Positions 27,101-38,500 of a DNA stretch of 64,000 nt are shown here, one piece after another. The notes below the pieces were generated by a model that ran no database searches, was not told where the DNA came from, and was given only the letters and a program-made list of their open reading frames with translations. Position 1 is the first letter of the stretch. Each line of letters begins with the position of its first letter. Made by a program: the position numbers and the translations under genes. Source of the DNA: Laetmonice hystrix (lineage: Eukaryota); the NCBI GenBank assembly GCA_965235115.1, contig OZ249436.1:40364001-40428000 (forward strand). Direction: 5' to 3'.

Positions 27101-30000
27101 AATGTGCTGCACAGTTGTGTGAATGGTTCCAGGCAGATTATGATGAATGTGCTCTGGGCGTCGCAAAATGTGAACATATCTGTCGGAACACCGTGGAGTC
27201 GTACACCTGTATCTGCAAGTCTGGTTTCCGAATACACAACAACCGTTGGCAGTGTATTCCCAAATCACTGGAGTTTTCAGGTTAGTCTTCCTCGATAATG
27301 TCACGATTTTTGGTAACTGATTCTATTGGGCCGGTTTTATATTTGAATATTTTTGAATAGGCCTAACCAGTGGGGGATCCAGGGGGCCTGGGGGCCCGGG
27401 CCCCCTCTTAGATTGTGCTTATTTTTTTTGATTGGATGAAGATGCATCAGTATACAGCCAAAATCAAAAGCTAAGCATGGCGAGGCAAAAAAAAAAAAAC
27501 ATTAGGTGGCTCCCCCCTTATCCTGATGGGCCCCCCTTCTCAAAATCCTGGATTCCCCACTGGCCTAACTGTTTCCACTGTAGTCCTAGAGTATGATTCC
27601 AGAAACGATTTAGATACATTTAAATAATTTTAATAAAAACAAAAATAGGCTAAATTTCCTATAGGCCTAGTGCGATCGTTTTATTGCCAGTATATATGGT
27701 GAATAACGTTAGACTAAATCTCTAAAGACAAATGTGGAGGCCATCTACATGGAGAACGTGGGAAGATTCGTGCCAGTACTGAACCAATGACGGACTGTGA
27801 GTGGAGGATCCGGTTGTCGCCCGACTACCGCATCTTCCTGACCTTCACCAAGTTTGACGTTCCTTCTTCAACCGTCATCACTGACCTTGAAACCAACGTC
27901 ACAGTGGTCAACAAAACTGACCAAAGCAATGATGACGTGCCGGTGTCCAGCGGTATCTCTCATGGCAATATGTCGTGTCAGACAAACTATGTGGAAATTC
28001 TCATCGGAAGAGATAAGGTAAGTTGAGTCAGAGCCCCTCAATCCTAAAAAAAATAACGAAAGATAAATAAGGCCTACACATGCATTTATTGATAATAATC
28101 ATACATTTGAATTCAGGTCTTCCCTGTGTAGAAACTTGATTCAGCATTTCCTACTCTGATGGACATTGTGCTACACAGTTAAATAAGTCCAAACACATGG
28201 TGTAAACATCAACTTTGTGTCTGAGAGTCACCCTATCTATAGAGAAATACGTTTTCTTTATTTTCACAGCATCTCAAGGGTCGGTACTGCGGAGACGAGC
28301 CTCCACCTCTGATCATGACAGGGTCAGGGAGTGTGACGGTTCGCCTTCACACGGAGACAAACAAGGTCCTAACCTTACCTTACTTCTCCGCCAAATATAT
28401 CGCTTTCAAGGAAAAATCAAGTAAGAAAACATTCCTACTCAGCATAAACCCAGCTTTTGTCTGTAGTCGATCCAGTAGCCCTATTAATTCAGAAGGTATA
28501 GATCCTAGGCCTAACTTTTTTTTCTGAAATGAAACAACAAAGATATAAAACGAAGTAAAAATGCGTGAAAAATTTATGGTCGGTCGACATTTCTCCATAA
28601 AACATTAAAAGCGAAGCAGGAAATTGCTTGAACTCCTAATACAACCGGCCGTGTGTAGAAAGAAAAAGGTTTTTTTTTACCTCACAGATTTCTGATCTCT
28701 TGATTTGTTTTGCAGACCGCTGTTTTCACCTCACAGATTTCTGATCTGTTGATTTGTTTTGCAGACCGCTGTTTTCACCTCACAGATTTTTGATCTCTTG
28801 ATTTGTTTTGCAGACCGCTGTTTTCACCTCACAGATTTTTGATCTCTTGATTTGTTTTGCAGACCGCTGTTTTCACTTCACAGATTTTTGATTTCTTGAT
28901 TTGTTTTGCAGACCGCTGTTTTCACCTCACAGATTTTTGATCTCTTGATTTGTTTTGCAAACCGCTGTTTTCACCTCACAGATTTCTGATCGCTTGATTT
29001 GTTTTGCAGACCGCTGTTTTCACTTCACAGATTTTTGATCTCTTGATTTGTTTTGCAGACCGCTGTTTTCACCTCACAGATTTCTGATTTCTTGATTTGT
29101 TTTGCAGACCGCTGTTTTCACCGTAAGAAGGCGAGTGGTAACATCACAAGCCCGGGTTTCCCACACGAGTACCCCGCCCACAGTATGTGCGTGTGGCGGG
29201 TATCTGCCCGCAGCGGTCACCAGGCCCACGTCAAGTTTGACGTCATGGACATTGAACCAACCCGCATGTGTCACTTCGACTACCTGGAGGTCCGCGATGG
29301 CAAACATCGCACCTCACCACTCGTCGGTCGGTTCTGTGGACGGCGCAAACCAACAGATATATTCTCCTCAGGTTGGCAGCGACAATATTTCCATGGGGTC
29401 TTGCCTACTTGGGGGAGGGGCGTTTTTTAATTAAAGACCAGGTCTAGTGAGATCACTTACTAAAAGTGCCCCAACAGACATCAAGTTCGGGGGAGGGGGG
29501 ATCTAATGGACTAATGGATGATTATAAGGACTGTTTCCACTAAGGCGATTGTCCTTGCGACGTCCATGCGATTTTGACATCACCCTTTTATTTTACTGTG
29601 ATTTTGAGATTAAAGGATGGAACCCATTTCCAGAAACAGAGAAGGCCAGCCAGGAAGAATTACAGAGTGAAATTCCACCATTTAATCATTAAATCGCCTT
29701 GGTGGAAACAATCCTATATTTTACCATCATGTAGGCCTTTATTATCTAATGGTGCTTAATGAAGGTTTTCTCACCTATAATTACTCATAGTTTTATTTTC
29801 TGTGCGCAGGTCGACACCTCTGGCTGATGTTCATCTCTGACAGCGACGGGAACGGGCGAGGGTTCCGTGCCTACCTCGCCTCCAAACGACGAGATACCCT
29901 CAACTGGAGCAACGTACGCCCGCCCGCTGGGGTCACCAGGGTCAAAGACAACCCCATAGACACAGCCAGGCAAAAGAAAAAACGCCGCCGTAATGGTTAA
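6155..30000 (+). CDS. Tolloid/BMP1-like astacin (M12A) metalloprotease, spliced, 5'-incomplete. Exons: 6155-6324, 18968-19058, 19689-19806, 19956-20084, 21289-21430, 21663-21789, 22079-22192, 22785-23015, 24343-24435, 24718-24822, 25056-25239, 25465-25583, 27137-27280, 27728-28017, 28270-28420, 29108-29371, 29810-30000
   Basis: Hand translation with GT-AG junctions and matching phases. Shows prodomain EGDI motif, furin site [30 protein letters not shown]1/tolloid-type GCCSFVGR, zinc motif [19 protein letters not shown], Met-turn SIMHY and IGQREALS. Followed by CUB ([19 protein letters not shown]), degenerate CUB, Ca-binding EGF ([31 protein letters not shown]), two more CUBs, and TAA at 29998-30000. 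The link of 6155-6324 across the 12.6 kb intron rests on the EGDI motif and phase match. Confidence 0.93.
8079..8860. repeat. Minisatellite, ~79-bp unit, ~10 copies (intronic)
   Basis: Unit tacacctgacgtgtttaacaatcgacaatgtcatctggtagagttcctccaatgtacggtccattcatgtcgtattaat. Confidence 0.95.
10704..17525 (-). mobile_element. DIRS1-like (tyrosine recombinase retrotransposon) element, apparently non-autonomous
   Basis: Inverted repeats 10773-10813 / 17448-17488 (41/41), continuing imperfectly outward. Internal complementary region 10981-11099: its halves are reverse complements of the two termini (10704-10779, 76/76; 17480-17525, 45/46) and overlap at AAT. ATT at both ends, no TSD, no long ORF. Confidence 0.85.
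16620..17395. repeat. Complex tandem repeat inside the DIRS-like element
   Basis: Re-used modules such as gagcgtctcactgtctctgcagtggcgtctcc, ccatcagagcgtcaacatcgtctgtgacaagtggcgtctcc and cacggccaacagcgatggcgtctctgtag, in a higher-order arrangement. Confidence 0.9.
19220..19607. mobile_element. Tc1/mariner-like MITE
   Basis: ~45-bp imperfect TIRs (agtgtgagtcagaaaaatagaaaacccagatttaatcc / ggattaaatctggagttcctttttccgactcacactg), flanked by TA. Confidence 0.7.
19992..20700 (+). repeat. Tandem array (~118 bp x 6) of the astacin zinc-motif exon end plus its donor site
   Basis: Each unit contains cagatagtcacattgagtag...cacgaactgggccatgtcatcgg(a/g)ttctggcacgaacacagcag|gttcgtatcgaaggc. The first copy is the coding exon. 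Confidence 0.95.
22229..22627. mobile_element. Palindromic TA-flanked MITE
   Basis: TIR cggagccctgatggggac / gtccccaacagggctccg, TA on both sides; internal inverted arrays of taccacttagtgacgtcattaa. Confidence 0.8.
23030..23965. repeat. G-rich minisatellite (~40-45 bp unit) directly after a CUB exon donor
   Basis: Repeated gcatgcagctggctggggcgttatggtgggggaggaggatgggg. Confidence 0.95.
25780..27152 (+). repeat. 45-bp minisatellite (~30 copies) containing the EGF exon acceptor
   Basis: Unit gattatgatgaatgtgctgcacagttgtgtgaatggttccag(g/a)ca, with 4-bp insertion variants near 26135, 26455 and 26862. The last copy runs into the EGF exon. Confidence 0.95.
27368..27562. mobile_element. MITE, hAT-like, 7-bp TSD
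   Basis: TIR cagtgggggatccagg / cctggattccccactg; gcctaac on both sides. Confidence 0.7.
28679..29122 (+). repeat. 49-bp minisatellite (9 copies) containing the CUB4 exon acceptor
   Basis: Unit acctcacagatttctgatctcttgatttgttttgcag|accgctgttttc. The last copy supplies the in-frame acceptor at 29107. Confidence 0.95.
29527..29715. mobile_element. PIF/Harbinger-like MITE
   Basis: TIR aggactgtttccactaaggcgatt / aatcgccttggtggaaacaatcct; 3-bp ATA flanks. Confidence 0.65.
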
Positions 30001-31100
30001 CCCGCATAATGTCCGTCTACGAGTGGACGCCTAAATAACAACTAATCACTTATATATAACGACATATATTCTCCAGTGTTCAAAGAGAAAGTTCTCAATT
30101 ATAGAATTTACCCATTATACAGCTATATCCATTGAAAGACGTGGGAGTATTTTGGATTAGAATCACCGTGTACACTGAAATTTGAAAGGCGCCGAGTAGG
30201 CCTACGTGTTCCCCGACCATAATGCATTCAGAAAGTTGCCCCCCCCTATTTATTCATTAGTAGACTATTGTATGGAGGTAGCTACCCGTAGCAGGAACAC
30301 CAATATGGTACGGCTTCATCTTGCCTACACATCTGAAAGCAGATTTCAATGGATACATACTTGGCTAGCTCTATAAGGCTTGGCCTTGTTATAATATATC
30401 TAACATAATGCAGAAGGAATTATTTACTGTTACTGACGTGAATATGTGTGTTTTTTCTCTATGTATATATCAGTATAACGTGTATGCGCCATGTATAATG
30501 TGAACACAGCGGACAATGTCCACAGGTGTAGTAGTAGAATACAGGATGGTACACGGAATTCTCAGTAGAAGCCGTTTTACAAGGTTTAACCGGACATTGT
30601 TAAACGGCACAGCGATCCGAAATTATTTCTCAGAAGAAAGTAAAGGATCTTTTTCTAAAGTAGCCGTCTCTATCACATCACAGAAAAAAAGTCACTAACA
30701 TAATTATTACGCTTCATACTGTATTACATCCCGTTTAGATAGTAAGCAAACAGGTAATTAACACTTCGTACTGAATCACAGTAAAAGCATAATACAAGTA
30801 TAGACTGCTTCTTGCAAGATGCATACGAGTTGATGTATACTTAGTGCGACAAGGCATTTTTTCTAAACTGGTCACTCTTGTCAAACTTTAATGAATCAAG
30901 AAATTATACCAGGTACCAGTTGTGTATATATTCTACTGGTAGAATGGAGTAGTCGGCGAGTGAACTAGTTCAAATATGGACTTTTTAATTTGATTATTTA
31001 ATTTGATCGAAATTACTGTATGAAGAATGTACATGTTAACGGTGGCATCAATACTTTCAAGATGTAGTTTTTACCTACCACATTCGATTATCTGACTTAG

Positions 31101-31274
31101 TATGGCCATAGCTAGGCCGTAAGATCCAAGGCTGCAGCGGGCAAAAGGAGGTGCCAATTCTAGACAGGCCCATTGGAATGCCCCCAGAAAGTTTCTCTCA
31201 AATTTAACTGGGGCAGAATGAGAAGAACTTCAAGAAGCGGTTGCCCTCTCGACCTCGGCCTGGCTATGGCCCTG
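31101..31274. mobile_element. MITE, hAT-like, 5-bp TSD
   Basis: Imperfect TIR tatggccatagctaggccg / cggcctggctatggccctg; CTTAG on both sides. Confidence 0.6.
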
Positions 31275-34200
31275 CTTAGTTATCTATATCCTGAGATAAT
31301 ACATTTCGTATATCATGAATTATTTAAGTAATTATGTGGCTCATCGATAGGGGCATTGCTATTGGATATTAAATCTCTAACGGTCCAAGTGCTCACTTAT
31401 TTATCTTTCATAGTTGTTGTCGGCTAACATAAATACGTTCAGGTTCAAGAACACCTAGAAGGATGTCCTCATACCCCTGCTAGACGTAATTCTGCGAGTT
31501 TTTACATGCCTACATCTACAGAACTGATAGGGTTCGTACGCGAATATTTTCTATCCGGTAAGCGGTCCTGTATAATAATTTAGTTTTCAGATCAAATCTA
31601 TTGTTGCAATCATAAATTCCTCCATGAGTGAAGACAACAGCTCTGGGCTTTGATAACCAAAGGGGACATTTATTACTTTCCTGGATATACAGAAACCAAT
31701 ACCCAGCTGTCCATGACACGTACACCGACACCGACAGCAACACTGGAGGCTCTGTCTGTGTCTGTCAATCAGCTAACAGTGCATCAGGCATTGACCAGCA
31801 AACCTTGGCCCAACACAATTTACATCATAGTTAAACTCTGCACATGCAGTTTGTCGTTTTTCTTTCCTCTCGTACATGAGATTGATACATAAAATGACTT
31901 CTCGCGGGTCGATATCCTTGCACGTTATGCCGTTTCCATTTTAACATTGTGAATGGTTTGTTTGTTGGGAGAACCCAGTGATCTATTCTCCGGTTTATTG
32001 TGCTGTTAGCAGACCCGTGATCCAGACCTGCCTATGAGGATGGCGACCGGGAAGATCCTAATCTGATGGTTAACTTCAAACACACATCCACAAAATTTTT
32101 AAGCCTGCATTACGACTGTTTTGTTACAAAAAAAGTTTCTGCAATAATAATAGGAACCTTGTTAATCACAGGACAAAAAGGAAAAAACTTAGGCACCCTA
32201 AGTTTGATGAAACATTCCTTATTGCATGGCACTTGAGTGGCGTCGATTTGAGACGACAAAACCTTTCAAGTCTTGTCAAACCTGATCATCCCATCACATA
32301 AATAAGTTATGCATCTACCCTAAACCTTTGTCTTTGCTGCTGTGTTATGTTAACAGTGATATGGGGTACGTGAAGTGGCCTTGTCTACCGTTCGTCTGAC
32401 TTGTACTGGTACACATACATTGTAGGCAATCCTCACGGTACACGGAAAACAAAATAAGTAACATATATAGGTAAATGCGGACTCACTTTTTCACCAAACA
32501 ATGGCTATTGCTTAAGTTTAAACACGCTAACTATAATAAATAGATGACAGTGCCATTCAGTAAAAATATACTTTTTTCTGCTTCTCAAAGTCTTTTGCTC
32601 TCGGATTCTTTTAAACCTTCTTTGGGAGTTTTCACACTCTTTGTAACAATCATTTTACATATCACACCAATTTTTATGATATGAAGCTGTTCATAACAAA
32701 ATGCAAGGTTTGGTTTGAAGCAATGTATCGGTAACATTACCGGTGCGAAGGTTACATTCTCGACGGAACAGTTCCAGGCCCTACTGCAACACATATGGTT
32801 CCTCCCCACTTGGTACATTGTAGTCAGTTAGCAACAAAGATTACTGGTACCGTTTTTTTACCGTTTCTTTTCTGAGACTCTATGTTACTTTTCAATATAG
32901 TTAGAAAGCACCAAAAGGAATCATAACTTACCAAACACTAACTGACATCATCAGGTACTAGGTCAGGATATCATTAAATGATCACATTGTACAAAGTATA
33001 GGACACAAATACTGCACTTCAACACACTGCAACGTAAGAGACACAAGACGACAGGAAAAGCATGTGAAACTCTAAAATATAATATTCAAGCACATTTGGT
33101 CTAACGATACCTATGTCCTAAGAGAAAATCAATGTGGACTATTTTGGTAAGAAATTTACATTCTCTTGAACATCTGTCCAAAGTCGGCAACCTTTGGTTT
33201 GATGCAGCCTGCAGCAATGTAGGAAGAGTAGCAATGTGCAGTTGTTTGATGTGCAGACAGACATTGTGCTACAGCTAACACCATCACCCAACACTGCTAC
33301 TGGCTGCCGGTACACGGCCTACTTCTGGTAACTTGCTGGTATCACCTTTCTATCCCTGCTGAGTCATGTGAAATAGTTTACAACTTGCGCCAAACACCTG
33401 CGTATCTTGTTTCAAATAGTAATGATGATTACCAGTATATGTAGTCCACTTTGTTCCTGATATACAGACATGTCCACAATCTGCCCTACCCAATTTTTTT
33501 GGGGGGATAAACCACCATTTACTTCGACAAACTTTACAGCCTCAGCAGAACTCCAGACATATATTCCAACCTAAATTTAAATTATGCTTGGCAATATCAG
33601 ATGGTGTTACAAACATCTTGTGACAGCTACTTGTCACGAGTGACAGAGGAGGGGCTACAATAGAAAAAAAAAGACTCCAATTTACCCCCCCACCCCCACC
33701 CCCGAAAAAAAAAACAGGGCAGAGACATATAGAGCGCTATCTTGGCCTTGTGTCCCCATACATTCCTCAGACAATTCATTAACTCCGAGACTTCGCAAAC
33801 TTTGAGATCACTGTTTAGAACCTGTTTGGGAACCCCTTATGTAGACATAATAAAAGACGCCCACCAACTCAGATTCGAATGCAGAATAAAGTTGCGTAGG
33901 AGTCCTTCTGGGTCATTTGAAATGCTAGTTGTCAAACCTCTTCCATTTTCTGTAGAGCACTTTTTTAAGCTTTTTTATGCCATAGAAGTCAGGATGACGT
34001 CATGAATAGCTGCCATGTTCGGCCTTAGCGCCCACCTTCAATTTTTTTTTTACTAATTCTGAAAAATCACAATACTTACTAATTAATCTGCCTACTTATG
34101 CTCAATCACTTCCTGTGGTATAGTGTGTCTCTTAAATCAATTATAAACAATACATAAAGGAGTTCTAATTGTTAGGGGGTTTTAGCACACTGTGACGTGC

Positions 34201-34623
34201 GACTAGTAAATTATGCCAAATCCTAGGCCGATTCTCTCAAGTTAAATAGCTTACAGTGTTTGCAAGGTACTTTGGGGAAAAACGAAAAGAGTGTTGGTGG
34301 ACAGGCAAATATGGGCACAATGCAATCAATAATCATACTGGCATCCACAATGTGGATTGAAATGACGAAAGCACTCTCGGATCAAAGCAAAGGGGGTCAC
34401 CCATTCCAACAACAGTCAGTGGACTCTGAAAAAAATCAAATCTCTCAAACATTAATGCTGAGGCCTTTTTCAATCTGCCCAGAGATGCTAGGGCCGGTCA
34501 GGTTGAGATTCTACTAAACGTCACAATGGTCGGGGAACCCGACACATTGTGACGTACCACAGTTGCAGTGTCAATATCACCGTCTCCCGCCTGTGACCAA
34601 GTAATCTGAATAGTTTAAACTAA

Positions 34624-34857
34624 TGCCCGCCACACACTGTACGATTGCCAGTCGGTGGCAAATCACACGGCCCTGCACACTATACGACTCGAGTCATAAG
34701 CCCCTGCACACTTTTAGATCCAAATGTGATAATCGGCTGTTTGGGGCCTTGCGACCCCTTCCGATCGTCGTAGGCGAGTCATATGTGAGTCATAAGCGGG
34801 TCTTAAGCCCCAGAATGCGATCGCATCATAAGAAAATCGTAGAGTGTGCGGCGGGCT
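34624..34857. mobile_element. PIF/Harbinger (Tourist-like) MITE
   Basis: TIR gcccgccacacactgtacgatt / aatcgtagagtgtgcggcgggc; TAA on both sides. Confidence 0.75.
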
Positions 34858-35525
34858 TAAGGGGTAACCATACATCTTGTGACAGGCAGGAGCCAAAGCC
34901 CACATCATTCAGTATGCAATGACTGTCTTTAAAAACCTGGGGCGAGCTGAGAAAGTTGACCTAAAATTATTTCAATTTTTTTGTGCGCACCTTGAACGAT
35001 AATACCTCTTTGCTTTCCCTCATTGAACCAGATGAGATGGCAGTGGGGCCCACACGGAGAGTGCTTCCCTCAAGGCATAGTTCGTCGGAGTAGGGTTAAG
35101 ACATGAAACCATGTGTCAGAAAAACATCTTCAGGTGCAATATAAGGTATAATACAAGAACTGGTCAGACGGCTACTGATACTATAGCCTTTACATTGTAT
35201 CACTTTCCTATTCCTTCAAGAAATACGAGAATCAGGAAATCACTGTACAGAATGACTTATCTGTTTTCCGTTGTCTACTGATAATCCCTCTGTGTGGAAA
35301 TCAGAGAAGTAACCGGGTTCACGATACAGTTGTTAGGAAATAATGTATGCCAATAGTTGAGTGCCTGGGTCCACTTTGTGTTTAAAACAGGCAGATGGGT
35401 GCTACTGTATGAGCAGAAAAAAGTATTTTCCCTTGGGGTACATGACCAGCAAGTGTCCAATCACAGTTCAGCTTAAATTGGCCTCCTGAATCTGGTGGCA
35501 AATACTGCAACAAGAGTGGCGCGTG

Positions 35526-38500
35526 TCAGAAGTATTGAAACTTTCCCAGGATAGCATCTTTAATGGCATCGACGTACTGTGCCGGCACCCAATACACCCA
35601 GTAGCGAGAAGCCTCAGTCGGGCCCATTTGGATTCCCTGCAGAAAAAAAACAGAGAAAAAGAAAAAGATCCTTAATTTAATTGTACACATTCTACGGTAA
35701 CATTCTTTCAAGAACTACATGCTGATCTGGTTTTTAAGATGGAATGCCTGAGGATGATCCAATGAAAATGTATAATCCCTAAAACATAATTAGAAATGGA
35801 CAATTATATATTTATATAATTATATATAATTATAAATTCAATTAAAGATTGACCCATGTATCTTAGTGCCACACAAAGATCCATCAATTCTCCGTAGGTA
35901 ATCATCTCTAGCGCCAGACACCACTGGATAAAGTTTGATAGCTTTTTCTCCAAAATAATTAAACCCAGACATACATTTATGTCAACACTGCGTATTGTTT
36001 TAACGAGAAGGTTTAACGTCTTACCATTAGATGATAGGCTTCATTGTCATGGATTGGCTCACTGATGACTTCCTTGATTGATCCCATCTGGATTTTATCT
36101 GTCCGTTCTGTAACAAATTACAATACGAGTCAACATCGTCCCTGTTTAATGATTATAAATCAGAAATATTCTATACTAGGGGGGGGGGGGGGGGCTCTGA
36201 CCAGGCATCAAATTTTTGTCATCACGTCCTGGGAACCTTATTACACATACACTATGTATAATGTACAAATTATACCTTTTGTGCCTATCCAGAGTTGGTC
36301 CTGTTCCATCTTGAATGTCAGTCGTACCTTGCCCCCCGACTTGTTGTACATCCCAGAAACAGGTACTGGGGGTAGTGGCTCCTTCAAACCTTTGATACCA
36401 GGCAAGGCATCATCAGGCTTACCATGCTTCTCGAGGACTGTTCTATGTGGCTAACCACAACAAATACAGGATACCGATAACTGATTATTTGATTAAAGAC
36501 TTTACATTTCTATCATTAAATACAATGAAAAAGGACACCATCTGCTAAATTCTCAATACCTGTTTTCTCTCTTCATGTTCATTAAAGTTATTTAGTGTGC
36601 TGTTTTGCAGTGACTATGTACTTAACTTTATTAATGTACATATAAAATATATAAAATATAAAGTACTATGTAATAAATTTTATTTATATGGTATGTGATA
36701 ATTACTTTACAATAAATCTTCCTTGATAATTAACAGCTGAAGACATTATCAGCTGAAAAGATGAAGTACCTTTTGTTTGCTAAGCGGTTCTTTTTGAGCA
36801 GCCTCTTCTGCCTTCATTTCTGCCTTGAGTACTTTTGGATCTGGTGCACTAACAGACATGACTGCACTGACTGTTGATCCTACTAACATGATCTTGGATC
36901 CTTTTGCTACCTTGTGATCTCGTAAGGTTCCCTCATCTCGCATACGACCTGTTTTGCAGCACATGTATTCAGTTTGGTTTGTCTTATCAAAATAAATATA
37001 TATATACCGTACACAAAGTATACAGCTCATAAGAACCCTTGAATCCTTCAGAATCCCAATCAGATCTATACATACATCTGTAGCAGACTGAAACCAGTAC
37101 CAGCAGGATGTTGAAATATAATATTTCAACTTCTATTTTAATGAGTTCCATAGATATGATCATAATTTTAATGTTAACTCCACATCAAATGAGCAAAAAC
37201 CAAAAAATCATTGTACCTTTGAACATGACTTTCTGCATGGCTAAAGGAACGCCTGCAAAATAAGTATCTTCATCAATTCATATTTTTCCTCAATGAGCCC
37301 TTTGAGCTTTCCCAGACCATTAGCAAATTAAGTTAAAGGAGCAAACTTTTTTTGCAATTACTGGGGTAAGTAGAACTATCAAATGTTTTTAAATATCTTC
37401 AGTTCATGGTGACAATTCCCAAGTTTTAGAAATTATACTCTGTTTTCCTCTTCTGATAGAACCAATTAATTTAGCATTTAAAATGAAGTAAAAATGTATT
37501 ATTTACCAACCTGTGATTTCCTCAAGGTGTTTCTTCATTTCTAACACAGTTTCATCTAAAGGAAAGGTAACATCATGCTTTTTCTTATTGTATACAACTT
37601 TAAAGTCAACCATTTCCTTTGGTGCACTTTCTGTAGGTTCAGCCTGATCACGAGCATCCCCTGAAGCGCCATCTGGAGAGAAGTAAAAAAATACAGTGAA
37701 AGGGGAATCATTGCACTGGTAGTTCTATGAAAATAAGAAACTAAGTAAAGACCGAAACAACTATCTGGCAACGAATACTTCCAATTTTCCATAATCCCAT
37801 GAATTATATCTAGATAGCAGATGGCTGGTCTGACGAGGAAAGACGTTACCTGTGTTATCTCCAGATGCTGCTGCTGCAGCAGACTCTGCATCGACCAGCA
37901 TGGTGTCAGGTACTCCTTTAGTTTCCTCTGAGGTTTCCATTCCTACTACAGGTTCTTCCATTGCCGCACTGCTATCTAACATACCAAATGTACAATATTT
38001 GCCAACCTTTTAGTTTGTACTCGTATACACAAGTCAGGAATGTGAAAGGTGCTTTTTATTCAAGCTTATTTTTCTTGTGCAACAAAATGTTATACCAGAA
38101 CAATTATGGCTAATAACCACAGTTAGTCCAACATTGGAAAGATGGACCCTTGCTAATTTATATACCGGTAGGCCTACTCTAGTGCATAAATGCAGGGTTC
38201 TCGCCAGAAATTTTCGACAGCGTAGTGGTCAAACTAAGGGCAGATTCCTGGTTAGGGGTACAGGAGGGGCAAACCCCAAGCTCAGGTAATTTAGGCTATT
38301 TTAGAGCCTTATCTTGCGGTCTAGATAGTCAGATGAGAAAGGTTTGTTAAACTGGACAGTAAACAAGCGACATTTTACCGGTATTCCTGTGGGTTCTGTT
38401 GAATTTAGACAAGTTTTTGCCGGTACGCTGGTCAAGAGACAACGTAGCGGCCTCAAAGACAGTGTAGTGGCCTAAATACACAGCATAGCGGCCCGCTACG

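Noticed and set aside
25792..27304. Multiple 100-274 aa repetitive ORFs on both strands
   Set aside because: Products of the 45-bp repeat. Only the terminal EGF part (27137-27280) is securely coding.
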